64,000 nucleotides of DNA from positions 32,550,001 to 32,614,000 of the forward strand of contig OZ024758.1 in assembly GCA_964016885.1 (NCBI GenBank). The letters are read 5' to 3'. This document shows positions 1-12,384 of the stretch, piece by piece. The DNA comes from Eledone cirrhosa. Its lineage: Eukaryota. The notes beneath the pieces are model-generated. The model searched no databases, was not told the origin of the DNA, and was given only the letters and a program-made list of their open reading frames with translations. How positions within the stretch are numbered: position 1 is the stretch's first letter; every line of letters starts with the position of its first letter. The translations under genes and the position numbers were made by a program.

Positions 1-473
1 GTGGAATGACATTAAAAGGGGACGAGAAAGAAGGGAGGGAAAACATTTTTTTAGAGGGTAAAAAAATTAAAATGAAACATGTGGTGAAAGGGTGTGAGGT
101 GGGTGGATGGAGGGGGAGAGGGGGACATGGGGTCCGAGCTGGGAGGGCTGAAGGTGGTGTGTGTATGTGTGTGTGGATGTGAGAGTTGGGGGAAGAAAGA
201 GGTTCTACGTTCGTGTAATAGGGAAACCGGTGTACATGGGGCGGGGTGTAAGTCAGTGTGTGTGTGTGCATGTGGATGGAGAGGGGATAGAGGGGTGGGG
301 AGAGGGGGCGTGTGGAGTCCAGAAGCTGAGTGTGTGTATGTGAGGATACGCACATGTGTGTATTTTTGTGTGGTGTGGATGTATGGTTGCGTGGTGCGAA
401 AATAGTGTAAGTGTTTGTGTGTGATCCTGGATGTTTTTCCATGGACTGTAGGAACGGATGTTGAAAATTCCGA

Positions 474-2305
474 GTGTAGCAGGGTGGATGCCTGGAGCGG
501 TGGAGCAGGGTGGGTGCCTGGAGCGGTGGAGCAGGGTGGGTGCCTGGAGCGGTGGAGCAGGGTGGGTGCCTGGAGCGGTGGAGCAGGGTGGGTGCCTGGA
601 GCGGTGTAGCAGGGTGGATGCCTGGAGCGGTGGAGCAGGGTGGATGCCTGGAGCGGTGGAGCAGGGTGGGTGCCTGGAGCGGTGTAGCAGGGTGGATGCC
701 TGGAGCGGTGGAGCAGGGTGGATGCCTGGAGCGGTGTAGCAGGGTGGATGCCTGGAGCGGTGGAGCAGGGTGGATGCCTGGAGCGGTGTAGCAGGGTGGA
801 TGCCTGGAGCGGTGGAGCAGGGTGGATGCCTGGAGCGGTGTAGCAGGGTGGATGCCTAGAGCGGTGGAGCAGGGTGGATGCCTGGAGCGGTGGAGCAGGG
901 TGGATGCCTGGAGCGGTGGAGCAGGGTGGATGCCTGGAGCGGTGGAGCAGGGTGGATGCCTGGAGCGGTGGAGCAGGGTGGATGCCTGGAGCGGTGTAGC
1001 AGGGTGGATGCCTGGAGCGGTGGAGCAGGGTGGATGCCTGGAGCGGTGGAGCAGGGTGGATGCCTGGAGCGGTGGAGCAGGGTGGATGCCTAGAGCGGTG
1101 GAGCAGGGTGGATGCCTGGAGCGGTGTAGCAGGGTGGATGCCTGGAGCGGTGTAGCAGGGTGGATGCCTGGAGCGGTGGAGCAGGGTGGATGCCTGGAGC
1201 GGTGTAGCAGGGTGGATGCCTGGAGCGGTGGAGCAGGGTGGATGCCTGGAGCGGTGTAGCAGGGTGGATGCCTAGAGCGGTGGAGCAGGGTGGATGCCTG
1301 GAGCGGTGGAGCAGGGTGGATGCCTGGAGCGGTGGAGCAGGGTGGATGCCTGGAGCGGTGGAGCAGGGTGGATGCCTGGAGCGGTGGAGCAGGGTGGATG
1401 CCTGGAGCGGTGGAGCAGGGTGGATGCCTGGAGCGGTGTAGCAGGGTGGATGCCTGGAGCGGTGTAGCAGGGTGGATGCCTGGAGCGGTGGAGCAGGGTG
1501 GATGCCTGGAGCGGTGTAGCAGGGTGGATGCCTGGAGCGGTGGAGCAGGGTGGATGCCTGGAGCGGTGTAGCAGGGTGGATGCCTAGAGCGGTGGAGCAG
1601 GGTGGATGCCTGGAGCGGTGGAGCAGGGTGGATGCCTGGAGCGGTGGAGCAGGGTGGATGCCTGGAGCGGTGGAGCAGGGTGGATGCCTGGAGCGGTGGA
1701 GCAGGGTGGATGCCTGGAGCGGTGTAGCAGGGTGGATGCCTGGAGCGGTGGAGCAGGGTGGATGCCTGGAGCGGTGGAGCAGGGTGGATGCCTGGAGCGG
1801 TGGAGCAGGGTGGATGCCTAGAGCGGTGGAGCAGGGTGGATGCCTGGAGCGGTGTAGCAGGGTGGATGCCTGGAGCGGTGTAGCAGGGTGGATGCCTGGA
1901 GCGGTGGAGCAGGGTGGATGCCTGGAGCGGTGTAGCAGGGTGGATGCCTGGAGCGGTGGAGCAGGGTGGATGCCTGGAGCGGTGTAGCAGGGTGGATGCC
2001 TAGAGCGGTGGAGCAGGGTGGATGCCTGGAGCGGTGGAGCAGGGTGGATGCCTGGAGCGGTGGAGCAGGGTGGATGCCTGGAGCGGTGGAGCAGGGTGGA
2101 TGCCTGGAGCGGTGGAGCAGGGTGGATGCCTGGAGCGGTGTAGCAGGGTGGATGCCTGGAGCGGTGGAGCAGGGTGGATGCCTGGAGCGGTGGAGCAGGG
2201 TGGATGCCTGGAGCGGTGGAGCAGGGTGGATGCCTGGAGCGGTGGAGCAGGGTGGATGCCTGGAGCGGTGGAGCAGGGTGGATGCCTGGAGCGGTGGAGC
2301 GGTGG
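474..2305 (+). repeat. 26-bp G-rich minisatellite (GCAGGGTGGATGCCTGGAGCGGTGGA)n, ~70 copies, with 728-bp higher-order repeat
   Basis: Monomer read directly. The CCTAGA variant recurs at 858, 1092, 1274, 1586, 1820 and 2002 (spacings of 9, 7, 12, 9, 7 monomers). Identical ORF translations are offset by 728 bp. Confidence 0.97.
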
Positions 2306-2340
2306 TGTATAATCCTTGTTGTTATTATCAATAAATATAT

Positions 2341-2495
2341 TTCATTATTTCTGAAGACGGCATATATATGTGTTTGGTATGTATATTTAATTTTGATAGT
2401 TTGTATAATTTTGTATAATTTTGTACATAGATCTGTTGAATATACATGCCAATTCTAACACATATATATCCTAGAAACGATCGTTAAATAATGAA
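2341..2495 (+). ncRNA. Type I hammerhead ribozyme with very long stem II (Penelope pLTR-type)
   Basis: Stem I TTCATTATTT (2341-50)/AAATAATGAA (2486-95); core CTGAAGA (2351-57); ~115-nt stem II with two long helices; GAAA (2474-77); palindromic CGATCG; TT (GUU cleavage triplet). Confidence 0.8.
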
Positions 2496-2554
2496 CTTTT
2501 TTTGTTTAATATAAGGAACTGTTTCATTGTTTTATTCATTATTTTTTTAATATT

Positions 2555-2566
2555 TTATATATATAT

Positions 2567-2601
<35 letters not shown>

Positions 2602-2730
2602 CATATATATATACATATACATATATATATATATATATATATACATATATATATGTATATATACATATATATATACATATACATATATATATATATACAT
2701 ATGTATATATACATATATATATACATATAT

Positions 2731-2782
<52 letters not shown>
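2555..2782. repeat. (TA)n/(TACA)n microsatellite
   Basis: Direct reading; many similar tracts occur across the window. Confidence 0.95.
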
Positions 2783-2783
<1 letters not shown>

Positions 2784-3010
2784 GGTAGAAGGAGCAACGT
2801 GAAATAAAGTGTCTTGCTCAAGGACATAACGCATCGCCTCGTCCAGGAATCAAACTCACAACCTTACGATTGCGAATCCAATTCACTAACCACTCAGCCA
2901 CACGCCTTCACTACCTGGAGTTGCGACCGATAGATAGTATTAGCAATTGGAAAGACCAACGGAAACATTGTTCCCTCGGTCCGATTTGACGAAAGTCGAT
3001 CGTTCCTTTA
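2783..3010 (+). mobile_element. tRNA-derived CORE-like SINE with inverted 5' half
   Basis: 2783-2911 is the reverse complement of the SINE head and 2911-3010 is the forward 3' half. A colinear intact copy lies at 15148-15363 (-). Confidence 0.85.
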
Positions 3011-3027
3011 TATAAATATATATATAC

Positions 3028-3190
3028 AGACGGTAGCCACGGAGTAGGCAGACCCAGAAAAACCTGGGACGACTTGATAAATTCCGACCTCACACACTTA
3101 CACCTCTCCAAGACAATGTCACTGGACCGAGATCTTTGGCGCTACACAGTAATACAGAAGAGCCGCCTTGCCTAAGTACAAAGCGAAACC
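3028..3190 (+). mobile_element. RTE LINE 3' fragment
   Basis: Encodes GSHGVGRPRKTWDDLINSDL...DRDLWR, a typical RTE ORF C-terminus; related to 28360-28440. Confidence 0.65.
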
Positions 3191-3473
3191 TACAGTCAGT
3201 AGGCACCTCTAACAGAAATTTTGACCAATCCTCTTGACAACTACAATCTTCCCATATAAGGAATGTTTCGCTATTTATTTACCACGCTAAAAATTCTAAT
3301 TTAGTCCAGAAATAGCTGTCGAAACGACTTGAGCTCTGCCGTCTAACAATTTTCTATATACATATATGTATACATATATATATATATACATTTATATATA
3401 CATATATACATATATATACATATATATATATATATAATATAAGATCAAAAGATGGTTAAAGGAGTTCCATGTA

Positions 3474-3540
3474 TTTTATTATGCGCATTTCAAAAACAAA
3501 CATCATCATGCAATAATATTTGTGTTTTCATCAGATAAAA
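3474..3540 (-). ncRNA. Minimal type I hammerhead ribozyme
   Basis: Minus strand reads TTTTAT-CTGATGA-[36-nt stem II, ~15 bp]-GAAA-TGCGCA (palindrome)-TA-ATAAAA; stem I is a perfect 6 bp. Confidence 0.85.
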
Positions 3541-3740
3541 CAGGAGAACATGATATGAAGGCTAAAAAACACTTGTGGATAGTGCAGTTTTAAATCAACA
3601 TATATAAATTTAATATTAATAACTCTGGCAAACCTCACTGTTGAGTGCTTCCAATCTATTGTAAAACTCATTCTTTGATGTATTCATTGAACCTTGTTTA
3701 ACTTTTAAATATATATATATATATATTTATGTCTATATAT

Positions 3741-3985
3741 ATAAGTTTATCCTGGGTTCAGTTGGAAGCCCTTATGATTTCACCCAAATGAAACAGTTCT
3801 AGTCCTGTAGAAGCCATTTCTATATTAAATATCTATACTCTGCTTTTTATTGAGTACCTTATTTACTGTGGTAACCCCCAATTGAACCCAGGATAAACTT
3901 ATCTTTTAGCACTTACTCTGCCCCTCTTAACCAGCACCAAGGGCTTCCTAATGGTTTCTCCTGAATGAAACATTTCTATATTAAA
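3741..3985 (+). mobile_element. Short pLTR-like element with 25-bp inverted 5' segment; contains a hammerhead 3' half (GAAAC-AGTTCTA-GTC)
   Basis: ATAAGTTTATCCTGGGTTCAGTTGG (3741-65) is inverted at 3878-3902; a homologous copy lies at 14113-14227. Confidence 0.55.
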
Positions 3986-5849
3986 TATATATATCTTTAA
4001 GTTTATTTTTATCCTTTACGCTCTTTCCTTCATTCCTCTACACGTCTTATACACGCCACGCATCTCAACGTACACCCACTGACATCTCTCTCTCCACCAC
4101 CAGATCTTGTTACCCGGAGATTTATCCATTTGCATTGTCGAGGCTTCCAAACAACTTAAAGAAATTTACCTTATTATTCCACAATGCTTCAAGCAAACTT
4201 CAATACTCTCATATATATATATATATATACATATATATATAAATGGTTACTACAGGACTATTTAAAATGCTGGAGAGAACAACAAAGATTTATGAATACA
4301 TATATATTTGATGGCAGACAAGTTGTTTCAAATACTGCACAGTAAGAATGGACATAGATGTTGAGATATCGAATGTAAATCGATATTAGTTCATTACAAA
4401 TAAATAAAAAAAATGTGTGTCAATATTACGATCAGAGCCTAAAAAAAAGATTCTTAATAACATATTAACTCATAAATCAAAGCATATCACTGAAGTGAAT
4501 TGTCTGCCGGGGCTGTGGATGGGCCCCATCGTGTACCATTACATTAGTTAAATACCATTCTTTCATCCCAGTAGAGTTAAATATACTAAAGCCTATAAAG
4601 TCGTAGACTAAAATTCTAACTAGGAAACCGAATGATTCTCGGCTTCAGAGTTAAGAATAAAGTAAATAAAATACAGAGGTAATTGACTTTAAATATGGAA
4701 TGTTGATGTTAAAAGGTTGGAAGTGAAAAAGTGTTATAGGAGCCATTTTGTGTTGGTTTTAAATTGAAGAAGTAAATAACATTCAAAGGGAGATCATTAA
4801 TGAAAAGGGGAGATAATTAAGTATTGCTGTTTAGGCAAAATAAAGTGAAAGATTCTAAAAAAAGAGAAAAGGAAGGAGAATAATAAAAGGTTGAGAAGAT
4901 TTTAAGGATTCATGTAAAATAAAGAATAATAAGTTTAGAGAAGAGGAATAGAAACTATAACCAGTTATTAATAGGGAGATGTAAGACAGTTGAAACATCA
5001 GAAAGTAATAATAACTATTTGGAGGAGTTAGTTAGAGCGTGTAGTAAGCAATACTGCTACTTTATCGCGACGGAGTAATTTGGTTTTGCTTGGTCAGTTG
5101 CCAGCCCTTAGGGTTGGTGGTGTAGGAATATTAAGAACGACTTCCGCCAAGCAGTCGATTTCGTGCCTAATTATCAATTCTCCCTCAGTTACATTTGGGA
5201 TCTTCTACTGAGCAGTACCGTGTAACTCATTTCCTGATTTTCTTGATCTTGCTCTCTAAAGCCGAGGGTAATCTCGATATATACCTCTGCGGAGAATTAC
5301 ATTTATCGTTCAACTTGATTATGCGATATGTTTGCAGCTCTTCACTCGCCTTGTATTTGTATTAATATGAAGAAGAAAATAAATCTTTATTATATTTTGA
5401 AATATGCCTTCTAAACTTTTCCGCTACCATGGAATATGAACCTCATTATTACATCTCCGTTTTCCTGAAGTAGTAATCACTACTAACCTTTCAGTCCAAC
5501 ATCGAATTGCTACCTTTATCAATTGTACCGTTGTGAATCTCTCTTGAACGCCTTTCTGCTACCATTACAACAAAAGTACTTATTACTAAAAATGTATTAA
5601 ACCTATTGGGATACTAAAAGATAATTACATTAAACAGGGGATATAAGGTTGAATGTGTATGTAAGTAATAGAGTGTAATGTAATAAGAGGTTGTATTATA
5701 AATGAAAGTTAAAAAATAGTAAATAGATAAGAGAAGGGGAGATGAAGAACTAAATTAGGAGTAACTATGTGGGGTCGACAGTCCAGTTAGCAAAAGAGTA
5801 AGCCAACCGATGATAGCAATTAATAACTATTTCATTGCGGTCATTAATT

Positions 5850-6780
5850 GGGCATGGCTTAGATAATGTTATAAAATATGCTTCAGATAAGCAAAGCTCA
5901 CAGTGATCTTTAAGGCCTTTGTATTAGGGTGATTTAGCTAGAATGTCCCAATAAAGAGAGTATTCAATTTTCAATAGTTTAAGAGTATGTATGTCTGGTA
6001 AGAGAAGTTGAGGATTTTAAGCTGCTATTCCTAAAAGAATGTGAGTGGGCATTAAAACGTATCTTGAAAGGGTTAGCGGTGACACCAATGTACGTTTTAC
6101 TGTCGTTAGAAGTATTGATAGAGCATCTATAAACTACATTATTACTAAGGCAATTGCTAGGTATTATACAATTACAATTGGGGTTAAAAGATGGTTTAGG
6201 TGAAGGTATAGTATTAAGAGTTATAGGTGAGGATGAAGTAAAGTTAGCAGGACTAGAGTTAAAGTTAGACATATCCATATGCATATAGTTATGTTGAAGT
6301 ATATCATTAGATAAGTATTCTCTGTGTTTATCAATTTGTTATGGATACTAAAGGCAATATAGTCAGCCAAGTTAGGAGTCGTAGAGAAGGAAATCTTAAC
6401 ATTATTTTTATTGAAAAGCTTATAATATTTGTGGTTGGGAGAGAGATTATTTCACAGGATAGAGAAGAAAGGTGGATTTAGCCAGGATATATTATGGCCT
6501 CTCTTCCAGCGCTTGGTGTTGTGGTTATTAGAATTGTTTACAGGTAAGTCATGATAATTCTTTAAATTACTTAGGTTAGTAGACAATGCTTTCTTAGGTT
6601 TTATTTGGTTAGGTTTACTATTACTGTTGATTCTAAATTTATTGTTAGGAGTAGGAAGTAAGCCGTTAGTATTAGGATGGCGATTTGCCGTAATATTTTA
6701 AAGTCTCTTCTTACTACAAGTACTATCATGTGTGATTACATAATTATAATTTGATTTATGGGTAGGTAGAGTAGAGGGCG
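5850..6780 (-). mobile_element. Penelope-like element fragment, GIY-YIG endonuclease (decayed)
   Basis: ORF 5979-6284 has CNC..C..VVYRC..TYIGVTANPFKIRFNAHSHSF; upstream ISWLNPPF and NKNNVKISFSTTPN; downstream CELCLSE. Confidence 0.85.
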
Positions 6781-6782
6781 CA

Positions 6783-7075
6783 TCGAACAGTAAGTACTTG
6801 CCAATGGTCATGATCAGCGGCAGCTTTTTCATGTCTCTACCAAGTGATGTTGGCTGCCATCAGGTCTTTTCGGAACATTTTTCACCAGGTGATCCTGGGG
6901 CAACCCCACCTCTGTTTGCCACCAGGTGGAGTCCAGTCCAATGCTGTTATTGAGTGTTGTTCATCAGGCAGACACAGAATATGGTCAGCCATGCAGCACC
7001 AGCGCTCCGTGACCATCCTCTGCAGCGTCCACGACTCGGCTCTCCACAGGATTTCCTCGTTTTGGATTCGGTTGT
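6783..7075 (-). mobile_element. RTE LINE 3' fragment
   Basis: WTPPGGKQRWGCPRITW; homologous to 47272-47560. Confidence 0.85.
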
Positions 7076-8168
7076 GTGTACACACTCACACACCCACATA
7101 TATATATATACATACATACATATATACATACATACATACAACAGTCAACGCGATCAATCGTATATTTTGGCGTGGGAGACTATTTATTCAATTTAAGATG
7201 AATACTATCTCCGACAGTAATGCCACAACTACAGTCATGTTGAATAACTGGTTATTCTTCTAACTATCCCTTCTGAAGACACCTTTTATTCGAATTCGTA
7301 GAGATATCCGACTAAATTCATAATTCATTTTACAAGGATTTGCTTCAAACAGCATGGCTGAACACAACATCAACAACAAAATTAAGGAAGTATCGAAGAC
7401 AAATAACAAGAAAGGTAAACAAACTTTATTCAGTTGTAGCTACAGAAGAAACCGAAATTATAAATCGCATTTCTATTGGAGTTGCGAACTTAATGATGAT
7501 TTATTTAATTGTTATAAAATGGCAAAAAACAATCCCTCCATTGGCTATATGAACAGAATGAAGCTACAGTGAGACAACATGCACCCAGAGCTAAATTATT
7601 TCACAGCGAAACAATTAAGCAAACAAGCGACGTTTGTTGAACGTAAAAATAAGATAAATATTATTAATTATAAGTCCCCCACAACAAACATGGGATCAAC
7701 AACACGTGCTACAGATCGCCATGCTACTAGACTTCCTAGCAGCCAGGTCGAACAGCGCCTTGAAACAACTATGCCTGTAAGAAACTTGACACCACCTGTA
7801 CCATCTAAGTCTACCTCGAATGCTGGGGAAAACACTATCGATAATAATAATAATAATAATCTAAGAAACTTGACACCACGTGTACCATCTAAGTCCACCT
7901 CGAAAGCTGGGGAAAACACTATCGATGATAATAATAATCGAAGAAATTTGACACCACGTGTACCATCCGAGTCTACCTCGACTGTTGTGGAAAATACTAT
8001 CAATAATGATAATAATCAAAAGTATAAACAATTGAAAATTTCCCTCAACGAAATCTTCCAGAGAGAAATTAATTTGTGTATAAATATCTCTCTTGCTGAA
8101 CGTATTAAAACGACAATCTCCTTATAATATATAACCAGCAATTTCTCTGTCTGTCTGTCCGACAGTGG

Positions 8169-8375
8169 AAACACGTGCGCGCGTGCGAATGTTTTTTGCG
8201 CACGCGTAGAGAGAGAGTGAGAGTGAAAGAAAGAGACAGACAACGAGAGGGGGATAGCGGGAGGGAGAGAGAGAAGAGTGAATAGACGCTAAAACGCGTG
8301 CGCACGTGCGAATGTTTTTTGCGCACGCGTAGAGAGAGAGTGAGTGAAAGAAAGAGACAGACTACAAGAGGGGGA
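8169..8375. repeat. Twice-repeated ~120-bp CpG-rich unit with GA tracts
   Basis: CGTGCGAATGTTTTTTGCGCACGCGTAGAGAGAGAG occurs at ~8183 and ~8305. Confidence 0.75.
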
Positions 8376-8475
8376 TATATATATATATATACACACACAG
8401 AAATATATATACATTTCTGTGTGTAATATATATATATACTAGCAGAAAACCACGCGTTAGGCGGTTTTCTGCTAG

Positions 8476-9380
8476 TCTATATATATAAAACTGAGGATGT
8501 CTGTCTGTGTATGTGTGAGTTCGAATCCCTAAAACTCGAGAACCCCTAAACCGACTGTTTTCAAACTTTACACATGTAATACTTATGTTTCAGGGAGTGT
8601 TCTGAGCAAAAAAGAATTCAAATTTTCAATGCCTAGGGACCGCATTAGGCGATCTCTCTCTATAATTCTTAGTCTTTCTCTTTTTAGATAGACACATACA
8701 TATAACGTCGCACCCTTATATCTGTCTATATGTCTGGCTGTCTGCATTACGTCACTGCCCTGAGGATGTCTGTCTCTGTGTGTGTGTCTGTGAGTTTGAA
8801 TCCCTAAAACTCTTGAAGTACCCAACCGATTTTTTTCAAACTTTACATGTTATTACTTATGTTTCAAGGAGTGTTATGCACATAAAAATTCAACTTTTTT
8901 TTATCTCCTAGGGCCAGCATTAGGTGAAAAACTGCATTTAAAAAAATGTTTAGGGTTTTTTTGAGGCGTTATGTCAGACCGATTTCCTTGAAATTGTAAC
9001 TATGTATTAGTCAGTCTCTTTTTCATACCGTAAGCAAAGAAAATCCAACTTTCTTATGGCTTAGGGCTTGCATTAGGTGAAAAACTTCATTTTTTCAGCT
9101 TTTTAGGGCTTTTTTGAGGCGTTAAATTTAGCTGATTTTCCCGAAATTTCAAGGCATATTATGTACATAAAAAAAATTCATTTTCTTGATCCCCCATTAT
9201 GTGAAAACCTGCATTTTTCCTGTTTCATTGAGGAAAATCTTAAAGATTATCCAGCCATCAGAGTATTCGGTTTATTATCTTTACATATTGTCCAGGCATG
9301 CAGTTTTTCCACGATTAGGCTTGTTGGCGGCCCGCGTTCCAAAATACCTTATCCCGTACAACCCTGGGTACCACTGCTAG
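8476..9380 (+). mobile_element. Non-autonomous Helitron
   Basis: 5' TCTATATATATAAAA; 3' imperfect hairpin CCCGTACAACCCTGGG followed by CTAG; internal subrepeats; second copy at 59955-60826. Confidence 0.85.
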
Positions 9381-11971
9381 TATTTAATAAAAAAAACAAA
9401 TAATGAAATATTATGTGTTATTGACGAAATAGGGGATGAATATTTACGACAGATTAAAACCCCAACATTTTGGCAAATCAATGCCTGTTTATATGCCTTA
9501 GCAACGACAGTAAAGCATTATCTTGGTGCTAGCAGAGATATTAACAAGAACAAAACACCACCAAAAATACCATCATATATAACTAAAATAGAATAAAAGA
9601 TTGCTGACCTACGAAAAACCATAGGATATGCTCCTTACATGCAAACAAACACAAAAAAAACTTCACTCTTCACCAACAAAGAGGGAAAAATAAAATAGAG
9701 ATGATGTTTGGTAACAGTAGAACCAGAACTCTTCAATATAAGCTGATCACCGTCAAACAAGAATTGAGAGCTGTTAACGAAAAACGCTGATACCTGAAGA
9801 AGATAGATGAGAGAAAAGTGCTTAATAAAAGATTCAGACGAAACCAAACATCAGTCTATAGAGATATGAAGAACAAAATAATAAGTGTCACTTAGATTCC
9901 TTTTGGAGCAAAATATGTGGTGAAAAAAAGAATTTCAACCAAGATGCAGTGTGGCTAAAAGAAATCCAAAAGAACTATTGCTCCTACACTACAACAAAAA
10001 CATACGAAATAAGTTAGGGTACCCTTGAGACTGTGATAGGAAAACTCCAAGATAAGAAAACACCAGGAAGAGACATGATTGTCGGCTACTGGTACAAAAA
10101 ACAGATATTCTATCGCAGGTATCTTACTGACCTCTACCAACAAGTTCTTAAGGGAGATACACTTATACCAGAATGGTTGACATTAGCACAAACATTACTA
10201 GTCCTCAAGAACAAAGACACCCACTTGGCAAAAAACTATCGACCCATTGCATGCCAGATCCTAATGTATAAGATGTATACAGCCTGCCTGAATCTATTCC
10301 TCCAAGATCACTGTGAAAATAATAACATCATCACAGATGAACAAGCAGCTGAAAAGAAAGGGGTTTGGGGATGTGCTGAACAACTCCTAATCAACAAAAC
10401 TGCGATGTCGGAGGTGCGACAACTTAGGAGGAATATGGCTACAGTCTGGCTGGACTACAGGAAAGCTTTCGATTCTGTTCCCCACTCTTGGATGATAGAG
10501 GCCCTCCAACTTGCTAAAGTCCCAGACATTATTATCAGAGCCATAGAGAAGCTGTCTTCTTCTTGGGCTACTATCCTAAGGTTAAAGACAGAGAGGGAGG
10601 ACTCTATTTTCACTGATAAAATAAAATATTGCAGGGAGACAGTCTCTCTGTGATATTATTCATCTTGTCATTAAGCCCCTTGTCTTTTTTGCTCAAGAAA
10701 TGTGAGGGATACATCATTGGCTCACAGGAGGACAGAAATACGAACCTAACCCATAACTTCTTTGTGGACGATCTGAAACTCTATGCCAAGAACATGGATG
10801 GGATGAAGAAAAATCTTGACCTGGTTACAACGTTCTCAAAGGATATAGGAATGGAGTTTGGCCAAGATAAATGCTCATACATGACTGTAAAGTGGGGAAA
10901 AACAACAACCCAATCTAACAACATTGTCATCAATGGCCTAACTGTTTCACCGATATCTGATTAGGACTGCTACAGATACCTGGGGATAGATGAGAACATA
11001 TCCTATAATGGTATCTGTAATAAGGAACACGTAACTAGGGAATACTACACCCGATTAAGAAAGATTTGGTCATCGGAACTCTCTGCACAAAACAAAACAG
11101 TGGCTCACAATGTGTTTGCTGTGCCTGTCTTAACACCAACGTTTGGAATACTCAATTGGACGATAGACGAGATCTGAGCAGTTGATGTCGGAACTCGAAA
11201 AATACTAAACAACACTGGAAACTTCCACATCAACAGTGACATAGACTGCCTTTACTTGAAACCTAAGCAGGGAGGCAGAGGCCTAACATCAGTCCAGACA
11301 GCATTTGAATGTCACATCATATCGCTCCGACAACATCTATGAACCTCAAAGTGGAGGAGCCCGTTTCTCGAGCAAGTCTATCTGCATGAAACAGATAAGA
11401 TCATAAGAGTTGGGAAGGAACTCCTTGAGAGATATTCCCTGTGTGATAATCAAAATCTCACACCCAGGGAAGTCGCTCAGCAGTATCGCAGTGAATCCAT
11501 GGATGAAAAACTGCATGCCTATCAGCAAAAAATCATGCATGGATACGTTGCCAGGAAGCTCCAGAGTGAGAGTAATATAGATAAGGAAAGTAGTCTATCT
11601 TGGACCAACAACCGCTATATTGGCTCCCACTTTGACGGATACGCTTTTGCAATCCAAGAACAGGAGATTAGCACGAAATACCTGATTCACAAAAGAGATA
11701 GGGATGCAGGCAAAAGACCTAGATGTGATAACAAGTGCAGACTCTGCAGAACTAACATCGAGGATATCACCCATGTCATCAGCAGCTGTCCAAAGATGTC
11801 ATCGCGGTACTATCTACCTATGAGGCATGATGTAGTGGCCAAAACACTGTACAATGCAGTTCGTATGTGTATATATATATATATATGTATATGTGTCGGT
11901 GTATGTATGTGTGTATGTGCGTGTATGTATATATATGTATGTGTATATATATGTATATATATATATATATA

Positions 11972-12220
11972 TTGAAAATTGCAAACTCGACTGTCACCAC
12001 ATATCATGAACCTGAAGATTGCGAAAGCATGAAAGTACTTGTTCAATTAACACTTAGAATTTAATATTCTATCATACTATTTCATTATAATACCATTATA
12101 TATATTTTAAAGGATTGTAAATAAAACGAGTAAATCAGACAAAGTTGGAATTCCTCTTATTAATATAATCTTCTATACACAATCATACACACCCGTGTAT
12201 ATTTACCTATCTATATCTAT
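11972..12220 (+). mobile_element. Short hammerhead-bearing pLTR-type element (solo copy of the 22190-22440 family)
   Basis: Near-identical to 22193-22440; flanked by (TA)n. Confidence 0.85.
12007..12045 (+). ncRNA. Minimal hammerhead ribozyme
   Basis: TGAAC-CTGAAGA-TTGC GAAA GCAT-GAAA-GTAC-TT-GTTCA; the palindromic GTAC replaces stem III. Confidence 0.85.
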
Positions 12221-12384
12221 ATATATATATATATATATATGTGTGTATAGGTGTATGTGTGAGTATGTATGTTGGTATGTACGTGTATATATAGTTTAAT
12301 ATATGAACAGAGAACATAAAACAGAGATGCAGCACAATTGACATGGTTTTTGATTTCACGCTGTATATATATATATATATATTT

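Larger units (their letters stand above)
7190..11865 (+). mobile_element. RLE-type non-LTR retrotransposon, R4/Dong clade, degenerate, interrupted at ~8130-9380 and 3'-truncated
   Basis: N-terminal GYMNRMKLQW..HPE; RT motifs PGRDMIVGYWYK, NYRPIAC, WLDYRKAFDSVPHSW, QGDSLS, FFVDDLKLY; CCHC knuckle CRLC..EDITHVISSC followed by RHD; multiple stops and frameshifts. Confidence 0.9.

Noticed and set aside
415-2334. Long repetitive ORFs (GAVEQGGCLERWSRVDAW; 413-aa minus ORF)
   Set aside because: Translations of a 26-bp (non-triplet) minisatellite cycling through frames; no splice or start context.
4310-4400. Minus-strand GAAA-CAACTTG-TC hammerhead half
   Set aside because: No intact CUGANGA and no stem I partner.
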